From Octopus bimaculoides (Eukaryota): 64,000 bases of DNA. The notes beneath the pieces are model-generated. The model was given only the letters and a program-made list of their open reading frames with translations, was not told the origin of the DNA and searched no databases. Shown here in pieces: positions 26,311-38,137 of this stretch. Position 1 is the first letter of the stretch; each line of letters begins with the position of its first letter. The translations under genes were made by a program, and so were the position numbers. The stretch lies in NCBI RefSeq assembly GCF_001194135.2, contig NC_068994.1:13021027-13085026 (forward strand). The letters are read 5' to 3'.

Positions 26311-26826
26311 GATTGATTGATAGATGGGTAGATTGATTGATGAATAGATAGATTGATGGATGGATAGATAGACTGATGGATGGATAGATTGGTGGATAGA
26401 AGGATGGATTGATGGATAGATTGGTGGATAGATTGGTGGATGGATTGATGGATAGATTGATGGATAGATTGATGGATGGATTGGTGGATAGATTGATGGA
26501 TGGATTGATGGATAGATTGATGGATGGATTGGTGGATAGATTGATGGATGGATTGGTGGATAGATTGATGGATAGATTGATGGGTGGATTGGTGGATTGA
26601 TGGATAGATTGGTGGATAGATTGATGGATTGATGGATAGATTGGTGGATAGATTGATGGATTGGTGGATAGATTGATGGATTGGTGGATAGATTGATGGA
26701 TTGGTGGATAGAAGAATGGATTGATGGATAGATAGATTAATATGTAGATTGATGGATACTTAGATACATGGAGAGATGGGTACATAGAGAGATGGACAGA
26801 CAGACAGACAGATAAATAGACAGATA
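26311..26826. repeat. Complex GATA/GATG/GGTG satellite (12-mer variants GATTGATGGATA, GATTGGTGGATA)
   Basis: Directly visible, nearly C-free on the + strand. Confidence 0.95.
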
Positions 26827-26869
26827 ACATATTTATTTGTATTTTTATTGTTCTTTCTCTTCCTTTCAG

Positions 26870-27034
26870 ACTTTACAATAGTTGTGTGCCCTGGCCATGG
26901 AAGCAACAGTGAGAGCTGTTACATTGGTTCATTTGTCAGCCATGCACAGAGTCAAGGTTACCGTGTTGTCATCCAGAATCACCTTGGGACACTAAAGGAT
27001 GTCAAACTCACTTCACCACGAGTTTTTAACTATG
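26870..27034 (+). CDS. ABHD2: ABHD2 coding exon (DFTIVVCPGHGSNSESCYIGSFVSHAQSQGYRVVIQNHLGTLKDVKLTSPRVFNYG)
   Basis: tttcag acceptor, gtaggt donor; phase 1 to 1 fits previous exon; matches ABHD2 VICPG...GYRCAVLNHLG...LTSPRMFTYG. Confidence 0.95.
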
Positions 27035-27764
27035 GTAGGTTAACAAATCATTTGCATGTCTCCATCTGTTACAAAATTCTTTTGCATTTTATAGTTCTTT
27101 GATAAGTGTGATTCCACAATACAATTGATTTTTGGTATCTGGGACATTATTTCGTGTATTTGTGTAAATTTTTATATAGCAAGTTATTGTAAGTGCTTCA
27201 GTCATTTGATTTTGACTGCGGCCATGCTGGGGCACCTCTTTGAAGAATTTTTTTTGTCAAATGAATCAACCGCAGTACTTATTTTTTTTAAAGTCTAATA
27301 CTTCTGTTATTCAGTCTCTTTTGATGACCCACTAAGTTACAGGGATATAAATACATCAACAGCTGTTGTCAAGTGGCGAGGAGACAAGTACACAAAGACA
27401 CTCGCATGTACATATATATATATATATATATATAATGAGCTTCTTTCAGTTTCTGTCTACCAAATCCACTCAGGAGGCTTTGGTTGGCCTGAGGCTATAG
27501 TAGAAGACACTTTGCCCAAGACGCCACATCATGTGACTGAATCCAGAACCATGTGATTGGTAAGCAAACGTCTTACACCACACAACCACACCTGCATGAG
27601 AAATAGTGTCATTGATTATAGGTTTCCAGTGGGTCAGTTACTAGTTTACTGCATTCCTAACATTAAGAGATATTAACTATGGTTTGTTTTTCATTCTTTT
27701 AACAAAGTCTTTATTATTATATCATTGCTTCATAACGTAATGTTATTCCCAAGTTAAATCAACG

Positions 27765-28254
27765 TTAATGACTGAGCAAGTAATGAATTAATCGTAATTA
27801 ATGATTGAGCAAGTAATAAATTAATCGTAGCTAATGACTGAGCAAGTAATAAATTAATCGTAGCTAATGACTGAGCAAGTAATAAATTAATCGTAGTTAA
27901 TGACTGAGCAAGTAATAAATCAATCGTATTTAATGACTGAGCAAGTAATAAATTAATCGTAATTAATGACTGAGCAAGTAATAAATTAATCGTAGTTAAT
28001 GACTGAGCAAGTAATAAATTAATCATAGCTAATGACTGAGCAAGTAATAAATTAATCATAGCTAATGACTGAGCAAGTAATAAATTAATCGTAGCTAATG
28101 ACTGAGCAAGTAATAAATTAATTGTAGTTAATGACTGAGCAAGTAATAAATTAATCGTAATTAATGACTGAGCAAGTAATAAATTAATTGTAGTTAATGA
28201 CTGAGCAAGTAATAAATTAATCGTAATTAATGACTGAGCAAGTAATAAATTAAT
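27765..28254. repeat. 33-bp minisatellite, ~15 copies (TTAATGACTGAGCAAGTAATAAATTAATCGTAG-like)
   Basis: Directly visible; gives the 11-aa periodicity of ORF 27754-28059. Confidence 0.97.
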
Positions 28255-28638
28255 AAATTAAATAAACCGCCGGTGGAGTGTGTGCCACCAGCAGACGAGG
28301 CTCTGTCGGTGGAAAGTGTGCCACTGGCAGAGCAGTCTGAGATCCCTTCTCATGAGGAAGAGGAGTTTGTTCTCCTTTTTCACGAGGGAGGGACAGTGGA
28401 CCGTTTTTTGGAAGGCCTGTGCGGCCAGGACCGTGAATGCTTGGCCTGCACAGATAGCCCAGTATGGCCTCCGCAGGTGATCGCGGAGGTTATAACAGTG
28501 GGAACCTTGTCAAAGGTCGTAGCGACCTTTGACAACGAAGAATACACCTCTCTCTTTATAGGCCCCAACCTGTCGATGTGGATTTGTCTGCAGGCGGCAG
28601 GTGAATTGCTTGGGGGCAATGAAGAGGAGGAGGATTGA
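28249..28638 (+). other. ATG-less open frame in a GC-rich intronic island; probable fragment of a mobile-element or viral gene
   Basis: About 130 codons without a stop (VECVPPADEALS...GGNEEEED*), then AT-rich spacer with AATAAA at 28699-28704; family not recognised. Confidence 0.5.
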
Positions 28639-29624
28639 GTGTAAACTTGAGAAATGATTTTCGTGACAATTGATGTATTATATGTTTGAAACAAATTAAA
28701 TAAAAGAACAGTGATTTCGAGGGGCCATCGGTCGGCAGGTGCTGGTGCCCCTCTCATCCTCGTCATAAGTGCTATCATCTCACCTCATCCTTGTTGTGTC
28801 CAGCCTGTCTTGCTACTTTAGTAACTTCTTTGTACTGCCTGTGTGGCAAATTTAATGAATAAAAGTAATAAATTAATCTAACATGTAAATTATGTAATCT
28901 CACAAGGCTTTGATCAACCCAAGGCTGTAGTAGACATTTGCCCAATGTGCTGCACAGAAGGACTGAACATGAAATCACAAGCTTCTTAACTACAAGGGTC
29001 CATGCCTGCACCTTATCTCTATCTTAAATCTTTAACCCTTCAGTATTCAAACCGGCCATATCTGGCCCAAATATTCTACCTGTTTTATGTTCAAACTGGT
29101 TAGATCCAACCTCTCACACCTACCCTACAATTCCATTCTAAAAGTAAACAATAACATCATTGAAACCCCAAAACCATGAGATAAATACCTGATTAATTCA
29201 AAACAATGTGAATAAATAGGTATTTCATTTTAGAATAATTTGAATGCTAAAGGAAAATTATGCCCAAGACCATATAATAAATTTACTGATGTCATAGCAG
29301 ACAATGATCCTCCTTTCCTTCTTGTCAAGAATGCTCTTCTTAAATTTAAGACTTAATTTATTGTCAGCATTTGAAAGCAGTCAGTAGTTTCAAGTTTGTT
29401 TTACTGCTATGTTGAGCAGATTATGTCTTTACAAAAAATGTTCATGTTAAGGTAGAATATCATTTAAATTATTGTAAAATACCTTTTTTCTTCTTAATTA
29501 TAAGATAGATGTTTTTAAAAGGCTGGATAGTTTTATTGTTTTAAAGTAATTTTTTTTAAGCTTAAATTTCACCTAAATCAAAATTTGACTTCAAGATCTT
29601 TACATAATCATAACAATTTTATAT

Positions 29625-29657
<33 letters not shown>

Positions 29658-29671
29658 TTTTTCGTAATTAG

Positions 29672-29855
29672 GTAACACTGACGATTTCCATAGCATCACA
29701 CTTGAGATACAAAAACTTTATCCGGATACTAAAATGAGTTTAGTTGGTTTTAGTATGGGGGCCAATATTGTTCTCAAGTACCTCGGAGAGAATTTTGAAA
29801 ATCAGAAGCGCTTTCTCTGTGGCCTGTCAATTTGTCAAGGATATGATGCTAATTT
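29672..29855 (+). CDS. ABHD2: ABHD2 coding exon with nucleophile elbow GFSMG
   Basis: AG/GTAAGT; 184 nt, phase 1 to 2; LVGFSMGANIVLKYLGE...SICQGY; catalytic Ser codon at 29752-29754. Confidence 0.95.
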
Positions 29856-30396
29856 GTAAGTACCATATATTTATCTTGCAAAAAAAAAAAAATATAAATT
29901 CGTTTTAATTTTTTTTTTTATCATTTTAAGTCAGAACAAAGCAAGTTTTAAAAGTAAACAGGTCAATAGTTTTACCTGGTATTTCAATATTTGAGATTTA
30001 GGACCCCTTCTTGAGCGAATCTTTGGAGGAAAGTTCTTAATAGCTGAATTCTCTCTCTACTCCATAAATGATCTCTAATATCAAGATAAACAGTGCCTGA
30101 CCTTGGAAGTGGGGCCCAGTTAGAATTTTCTTCAAGTCGAGTAGCCCATCTCACTCAAAAAGTCCCTGAATAAAGGTTGTTTAAGGATGATGAACAAGAC
30201 TATAGTAGAAAACACTTGCCCAAGGAGCCATGCAATGGAACTGAACTGGGAACCATGCAATTGGGAAGCAAACTTCATACCACAGCGACATCTGCCCCTA
30301 TAAACAGCCACATCTATAACTCCTTTCATTTATTTTGTATTATTTATTCCATAATCTGCATTTTCTATTCCATATCTATGCATTAAACTTCCTTGT

Positions 30397-30784
30397 GTGG
30401 AGGCGCAATGGCCCAGTGGTTAGGGCAGTGGACTTGCGGTCATAGGATCGTGGTTTCGATTCCCAGACCGGGCGTTGTGAGTGTTTATTGAGCAAAAACA
30501 CCTAAAGCACCACGAGGCTCCGGCAGGGGATGGTGGCGAACCCTGCTGTACTCTTTCACCACAACTTTCTCTCACTCTTTCTTCTTGTTTCTGTTGTGCC
30601 TGTAATTCAAAGGGTCATCCTTGTCACACTCTGTGTCACGCTGAATATCCCTGAGAGCTATGTTAAGGGTACCCGTGTCTGTGGAGTGCTCAGCCACTTG
30701 TACGTTAATTTCACAAGCAGGCTGTTCCGTTGATCAGATCAACTGGAACCCTTGTCGTTGTAAGCGACGGAGTGCCAACAACAA
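30397..30784 (+). mobile_element. SINE family B copy with 12-bp TSD
   Basis: TSD aaacttccttgt at 30385-30396 and 30783-30794. Confidence 0.92.
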
Positions 30785-30870
30785 ACTTCCTTGTATTCAT
30801 TTGTCTTTATACTTATATGCTCTTTCTTGTAGTTAATATTTATCTTCTTTATTTTGAATATCAAATCCAG

Positions 30871-31068
30871 AGCTGTGTCCCACTACTTTGACACCCTGAG
30901 TCCATGCAGTGCCTACTTATTGCTGTTGACCACTCGCCAGAAATCACTGCTGTGGGAACATAAAGACGTATTGTTCAGTGATGAAGCGAAGAACAGATAT
31001 GGAGCCCTAGATGAGGATCGCATCTTTAACTCACCCACTCTCTTGGAAATTGATGAATATTACAGCCG
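30871..31068 (+). CDS. ABHD2: ABHD2 coding exon (AVSHYFDTLSPC...IFNSPTLLEIDEYYSR)
   Basis: CAG acceptor, GTTAGT donor; 198 nt, phase 2 to 2; aligns to the ABHD2 lid region ending TSLMQIDDNVMR. Confidence 0.88.
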
Positions 31069-32126
31069 GTTAGTGAAAAACAATTCCTGTTCAACCCTCT
31101 TTGTCACTTTTCAAAATTTTTTTTTTTTTAAACATTTATTTTTCCCTGATAACATTAGTGAAATAGTTTCTGTTATGCAAATTCAGATATTTGCATACCA
31201 CTTTGTTTGCTTTGAGAGCTGGGGTTTTTTATTTTTATGCTGGGGGATTGTTTTTTGGTGGGGTGGTTTTGTTCATCAGTTAGTCTCACCTTCCTACAGC
31301 TAAGAGGCACTGTCTTCAATGGTTTAGAGAAATAAATCAACACTACTACTTATTTTTTTAATCTATTAGTCTCTTTTGCCAAACTGTTAAGTTATGGGTA
31401 CATAAACAAACCAACACTGGTTGTCAAATGCACACACACACACATATATACACTAAATTAATAATTATATACAACTGACTGGCCCTCGTGCTGGTGGCAC
31501 ATAAAAGCACCTACTACACTCTCAGAGTGGTTGGCGTTAGGAAGGGCATCCAGCTGTAGAAACTTTGCCAGATCAGATTGGAGCCTGGTGTAGCCTTCTG
31601 ACTCGCCAGTCCTCAGTCAAACCATCTAACCCATGCCAGCATGGAACGACGACGATAATGATGATCAATAATTATATAATTATATTAAAGAGATCAAGAA
31701 AGAATTTTCTACAACATGCTGAAAGAAGACACCAAAGGTGCTAAAAAGCCTCTGTATAACTCGGTTTGTGAGTGAGCAAATGAAAAATACTAAATAAAAC
31801 TTGTGCATTGGGTCCAATTTCAGGATTAAGACAATAAAGAGCTTATTTCCCATCCTCAGCACAATATTCAAAGAAACAAAGCAAAAGTGTACATCCATAT
31901 ACAAATATCTGTGCTTATATGCACCAGATAAAGTCAAATTTTTCTTTTCATTTCAGCCACGTGTTTTTTCATCGAAATAGCTTTGCAGAAAATGCGATTT
32001 CATTCAGGCGTAAAACTATTTCATTATTTATTCTTAATAGAATTCAGGATAAAATCACATTAATGATTATATTGAGTGGCCAGCATGATAAACATACATA
32101 TTTATGATATATATATATTTGTGACA

Positions 32127-32342
32127 TACTCTCTTTTACTTGTTTCAGTCATTTGACTGCGGCCATGCTGGAGCACCGCCTTTAGTCGAGCAAATCGACC
32201 CCAGGACTTGTTCTTTGTAAGCCTAGTACTTATTCTATCGGTGTCTTTTGCCGAACCGCTAAGTTACGGGGACGTAAACATACCAGCATCGATTGTCAAG
32301 CAATGGTGGGAGGACAAACGCAGACACACAAACACACATACG

Positions 32343-32378
<36 letters not shown>

Positions 32379-32567
32379 TATATACATATATATACATATA
32401 TACGACGGGTTTCTTTCAGTTTCCGTCTACCAAATCCACTCATAAGGCTTTGGTCGGCCCGAGGCTATAGTAGAAGACACTTGCCCAAGGTGCCACGCAG
32501 TGGGACTGAACCCGGAACCATGTGGTTGGTAAGCAAGCTACTTACCACACAGCCACTCTTGCGCCTT
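32127..32567 (-). mobile_element. SINE family A, young full copy
   Basis: Reverse complement of the 20097-20516 structure with CpGs largely intact. Confidence 0.9.
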
Positions 32568-34469
32568 ATATATATATGGTGGTTGGTTTATCTCCCACTG
32601 GTGATACAATCTTGGGCACTTATATGCACTAAAAGTCCATTTGAGAAGTTCTCTCATGGTAATGATGACAGTATTCTAACTCAACATCCACATTTAAATG
32701 GGGATAAATATTACCTTTTGTTGCTTCCCAACCACATGGTCCCAGATTCAGTCCCACTGTGTGGCACCTTGGGCCAGTGTCTTCTACTATAGCTTCAGGC
32801 TGACCAAAGCCTTGTGAGNNNNNNNNNNTGGGCCAGTGTCTTCTACTATAGCTTCAGGCTGACCAAAGCCTTGTGAGTGGATTTGGTAGACGGAAACTGA
32901 AAGAAGCCCGTTGTATATGTATGTGTTTGTCACCTCACCATCGCTTGACAACTGATGTTGGTGTGTTTATGTCCCCGTAACTTAGCGGTTTGGCAAAAGA
33001 GACCGATAGAATAAGTTCTTGGCTTACAAAGAATAAGTCCTGGGGTCGACTAAAGACAGTGCCCCAGCATAGCTGCAGTCAAATGACTGAAACAAATAAA
33101 AGAATATATATATATATATATGTATATATATGAGCTTCCGCACAGTTTCTATGTACCAAATTCATTCACAAGGTATTGANNNNNNNNNNNNNNNNNNNNN
33201 NNNNNNNNNNNNNNNNNNNNNNNNNNNNNNNNNNNNNNNNNNNNNNNNNNNNNNNNNNNNNNNNNNNNNNNNNNNNNNNNNNNNNNNNNNNNNNNNNNNN
33301 NNNNNNNNNNNNNNNNNNNNNNNNNNNNNNNNNNNNNNNNNNNNNNNNNNNNNNNNNNNNNNNNNNNNNNNNNNNNNNNNNNNNNNNNNNNNNNNNNNNN
33401 NNNNNNNNNNNNNNNNNNNNNNNNNNNNNNNNNNNNNNNNNNNNNNNNNNNNNNNNNNNNNNNNNNNNNNNNNNNNNNNNNNNNNNNNNNNNNNNNNNNN
33501 NNNNNNNNNNNNNNNNNNNNNNNNNNNNNNNNNNNNNNNNNNNNNNNNNNNNNNNNNNNNNNNNNNNNNNNNNNNNNNNNNNNNNNNNNNNNNNNNNNNN
33601 NNNNNNNNNNNNNNNNNNNNNNNNNNNNNNNNNNNNNNNNNNNNNNNNNNNNNNNNNNNNNNNNNNNNNNNNNNNNNNNNNNNNNNNNNNNNNNNNNNNN
33701 NNNNNNNNNNNNNNNNNNNNNNNNNNNNNNNNNNNNNNNNNNNNNNNNNNNNNNNNNNNNNNNNNNNNNNNNNNNNNNNNNNNNNNNNNNNNNNNNNNNN
33801 NNNNNNNNNNNNNNNNNNNNNNNNNNNNNNNNNNNNNNNNNNNNNNNNNNNNNNNNNNNNNNNNNNNNNNNNNNNNNNNNNNNNNNNNNNNNNNNNNNNN
33901 NNNNNNNNNNNNNNNNNNNNNNNNNNNNNNNNNNNNNNNNNNNNNNNNNNNNNNNNNNNNNNNNNNNNNNNNNNNNNNNNNNNNNNNNNNNNNNNNNNNN
34001 NNNNNNNNNNNNNNNNNNNNNNNNNCCCTCTCATAATACACATATGTATTTATGTCTGCATGTTTGTATGAGTGAGTGAGTATTACCCTTATCTCTGTGT
34101 GCATTCACTGACTATAAAGAGCTTTACTGCAAACACAGGTGTCCTTTGCTAGCAGTCAACTAGCAAAAAATGTCCATGCTTCTGTACATATCTTGACATG
34201 TTGTGTAATCTTTATGTACAGAAGGCTCAGCTACGTGGTGCTGTTTTTTTCCTGTTCACCATATAACTATGTCTGGGTTGTTCATTGCTCGAGAGACTGG
34301 AAGATATTACTTTGCTTGGAAACAAGTGAGGATTGGTGACAGGAAAGACATGCAAGCATAGAAAATCTGCATGAAGCACGGAAAAGTGAATGTCAAAATG
34401 ATGATGGTTGGCATTAGGAAGGGCATTCAGTTGTAGATGTTGATAATGATGGTATGTGTTTGTACATCT

Positions 34470-34678
34470 CTCTCTTTACTCTTTTACTTGTTTCAGTCAT
34501 TTGACTGTGGCCATGCTGAAGCACCGCCTTTAGTCGAGCAAATCAACCCCAGGACTTACTCTTTATAAGCCTAGTACTTATTCTATTGGTCTCTTTTTGC
34601 CGAACTGCTAAGTTACGGGGACGTAAAGATACCAGCATCGGTTGTCAAGCGATGGTGGGGGGAAGAAACACACATACG

Positions 34679-34727
<49 letters not shown>

Positions 34728-34891
34728 GACGGGCTTCTTTCAGTTTCCGTCTACCAAATCCACTCACAAGGCTTTGGTCGGCCCGGGGCTATAGTAGAAG
34801 ACACTTGCCCAAGGTGCCACGCAGTGGGACTGAACTCGGAACCATGTGGTTGGTAAGCAAGCTACTTACCACACAGCCACTCCTGCGCCTA
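34470..34891 (-). mobile_element. SINE family A, young full copy
   Basis: Near-identical to 32127-32567. Confidence 0.9.
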
Positions 34892-34996
34892 TACATACTT
34901 GTGCCTATACATACATATTTGCAAGGTATGATCTTAACTCATAATCCCTACCAACATTAATGTTTCAACTCTTTCTTTTCTATTTTTCCTCTCTAG

Positions 34997-35081
34997 ATCA
35001 AAATTCCATTATTGTTACTCAATGCTGCTGATGATCCTCTCGTCCCTCAAGATCTTTTAAGAATACCAAAAACTCAAGCAA
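34997..35081 (+). CDS. ABHD2: ABHD2 coding exon with catalytic Asp (IKIPLLLLNAADDPLVPQDLLRIPKTQA)
   Basis: Long pyrimidine tract + TAG, GTAAGT donor; 85 nt; NAADDPLV identical to the ABHD2 motif. Confidence 0.95.
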
Positions 35082-35546
35082 GTAAGTATTTTGCTGTTTG
35101 GAATGAGATAATCAGGTGCAACTGTTTGGACTTTGACCATTTGACATGGCTGATTGGTTACTGAACCTGCTTTGGCGAAGCCTCTTTTTGGTCCATAAAA
35201 TAATTATCAGTTGAACACTGGGGGGGTCACTGTAATCAATTTACCCCTTTCCCCCCAAAATTGCTGGCATTATGCCAAAATTTGAAATCATTATTAGAGT
35301 GGCAAGCAGGAAGAATTGTAAACATGTCAGACAAAATGCTTAGCGACATCTTCCAGTTCTTTACATCCTCGATTCAAATTCTACTGAGGTTGAATTTGGC
35401 TTCCATCCTTTTAGGGTCAATAAAATAAGTATCAGTTGATTACTGAGGTCAACATAATTGACCAGTCCTCTCCCTCCAAATTTCAGGTATTGTGCCTATG
35501 ATAGAAAAATTATTATTCTTAAGGCAGCAAACTGGCATAATTGTTA

Positions 35547-35933
35547 TTGTTGTTGTTCTTGTTGTTGTTGGCACTCCGTCGCTTATGATGTCGAGGGTTC
35601 CAGTAGATCCAATCAACGGAACAGCCTGCTCGTGAAGTTAACGTGCAAGTGGCTGAGCACTCCACAGACATGTGTACCCTTAACGTAGTTCTCGGGGATA
35701 TTCAGCGTGACACAGTGTGACAAGGCTGACCTGTTGAATTACAGGTACAACAGAAACAGGAAGTAAGAGTGAGAGAAAGTTGTGGTGGAAGAATACAGCA
35801 GGGTTCGCCACCATCCCCTGCCGGAGCCTCGTGGAGCTTTTAGGTGTTTTTGCTCAATAAACACTCACAACACCCGGTCTGGGAATCGAAACCGTGAGTC
35901 CACTGCTCTAACCACTGGGCCATTGCACCTCCA
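35547..35933 (-). mobile_element. SINE family B copy inserted into a family-C SINE head
   Basis: TSD ggcataattgtta at 35534-35546 and 35934-35946. Confidence 0.9.
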
Positions 35934-36678
35934 GGCATAATTGTTAGCATGCTAGATAAAATGCTTAGTGGTATATCTTCCAGCTCTCTACATTCATAGT
36001 TCAAATTACACCAAGTTTGACTTTGCCTATCATCCTTTCAGGGTCGATTAAATAAGTACCAGTTACACACTGGGGTTGAAGTAATCGACTTAATCCCTTC
36101 CCTCAAATTTGAGGCCTTGTGCTTCAGTAGAAACTGTTATTTCCGATTTACTTTTATCTAGAAATCAAAGGAAATGACTACTATTCCCTTCAAACTTTGC
36201 TTTTCTGACCTGGACATCAATGTTTTCAAACTGACCTATTTTCCATTACATTTCAGACAGATTCAGTGCTTAGTTGCTGAAGCAGAAATAGCGTTATAGC
36301 AAATATTCTGCTCAACATCACAGATTTGCTTGTCAGTTGATTGACCTTAACAATTTGAACATGTCACTTAGTGGCTGACAATATGTGCATGTCTGATCAC
36401 GAGCAGGAGTAGTGTGGGGAACATCATAGCCATGTATTGAGAGGGATTCTTTGGGGTTTGAATAAATACAACAAAAGTAAAGTTTGAAGGAAATATTAGC
36501 CATTTTTCATACTTTCTAGGGGGAAAGCAATTTGGAGATAACAGTTGCTACTCAAAGACAAAAACCATGTTACACAGTGTAATATTTTGATTATTTTGAT
36601 ATTAGTTTTTAAGATGGGAAGAAATGCCAGCATTAACTTAATCTCTTTTCTCTCTCTTTCTGTTTCTACTCATTGCAG

Positions 36679-36851
36679 TGAATAATGACAAATGTATTAT
36701 GGCTGTGACAACACACGGAGGACATCTTGGCTACCTTGAAGGTGGAAGCTTCTTTCCAAACGAAATCTCTTGGTCGGATAAGCTTATTGTCCAATATTTG
36801 GACACAATCATCTCACAACATATGGCCAACATTGCTGAACTACAAACCTAG
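36679..36851 (+). CDS. ABHD2: ABHD2 last coding exon with catalytic His (HGGHLGYLEG...SWSDKLIVQYLD...*)
   Basis: CAG acceptor, phase 1 fits previous exon; HGGHLG motif; stop TAG at 36849-36851. Confidence 0.95.
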
Positions 36852-36864
36852 TGAAATCGGACCA

Positions 36865-36870
36865 AATAAA
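36865..36870 (+). terminator. Candidate proximal poly(A) signal of ABHD2
   Basis: AATAAA shortly after the stop; usage not demonstrable and the UTR may be longer. Confidence 0.3.
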
Positions 36871-37589
36871 TCATCATTGTTAAATATATAATTATTATCA
36901 TTACTGCTATTATTAATAATATTGTTATTATTGCTTTCGCTATCTGTTTATTACTACTACTTTTATATCATCATTACCATCCTCATCATCCTCATCAACA
37001 TCATCATATCAAAGTGGCGAGCTGGCAGAATCGTTAGCATGCCAGACGAAATGCTTAATGACATTTCATCCATCTTTATGTTCTGGGTTCAAATTTCACC
37101 AAGGTTGACTTTGCCTTTCATCCTTTCGGGGTCGATAAAATAAGTACCAGTTGAGCACTGGGGTTGATGTAATTGACTAACCTCCTCCCCCATAACTTCA
37201 GGCTCTGTGCCTATAGTAGAAAGTCATTATTATTATCATTATTATTATCATTATTATTATTATCATTATTATTATTATCATTATTATTATTATTATTATT
37301 ATGTAATGAATGCTGTGAAGTCATAGTAAAGTTCCTGGTGAAACTTATTCTGCAATTCAGTTTCAATGCTTCCCTTCTGTCTAGTAAAAGCATGTGTGTT
37401 GCAACTCCCATTCCTTTCCATGCTATATAATGTCTAAGCTGTAAGCATCATTATCAATGCTATTATTATTATTATTATTATTATTATTCTGCTAAGGTCG
37501 ACTTTGCCTTTTTTCCTTTCGGGGTCGGTAAGATTAAGCACCAGTTGATCACTGGGGTCAATGTAATTGACTTATCCCCTCCCCGAAAA

Positions 37590-37618
37590 TTTCAGGCCTT
37601 GTGCCTATAGTAGAAAGG

Positions 37619-37653
<35 letters not shown>

Positions 37654-37740
37654 CAACATCATTATTTTTATTGTCAACATCATTATTATTTTTATCATCA
37701 TCACCATTATTATTATTATTGTTATTATTATTATTACTCC
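37590..37740. repeat. (ATT)n/(ATC)n trinucleotide tract; similar tracts at 37225-37300, 39510-39610, 40478-40525
   Basis: Directly visible. Confidence 0.95.
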
Positions 37741-37862
37741 TGTCATGTATTCTGCTGAACTCTTCCATGTATATGAGCTAACTAGAGAGGCTCTTGCTAC
37801 CAATAGGCGAAATTTGGGTATAATTTCCATAAACTGTATGTATATTTATGTGTGTGTGTGTT

Positions 37863-37917
<55 letters not shown>

Positions 37918-38097
37918 AATGGACTGTGATGTAATTATAGTGATATCAGTATGTTGATAATACCAATTTTTTTTTTACATTAATAATGTACATGTGGTTA
38001 TGTATGAAGTTATGTAATCTGCTGAACTCTTCCATGTATGTGAGCCAACTGGAGTGGCTCTTGATATTACAAATCCAAATTTGGGTGTATAATATGA

Positions 38098-38137
<40 letters not shown>

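Noticed and set aside
27765-28254. CRISPR-like regular repeat
   Set aside because: No unique spacers, eukaryotic intron context; plain minisatellite.
31689-31774. Open frame RDQERIFYNMLKEDTKG... as the missing ABHD2 exon
   Set aside because: No similarity to the expected segment, no good splice sites, ends in a stop.
32770-32877. 49-bp direct repeat
   Set aside because: Identical sequence on both sides of a 10-N gap; an unmerged contig overlap, not a biological duplication.
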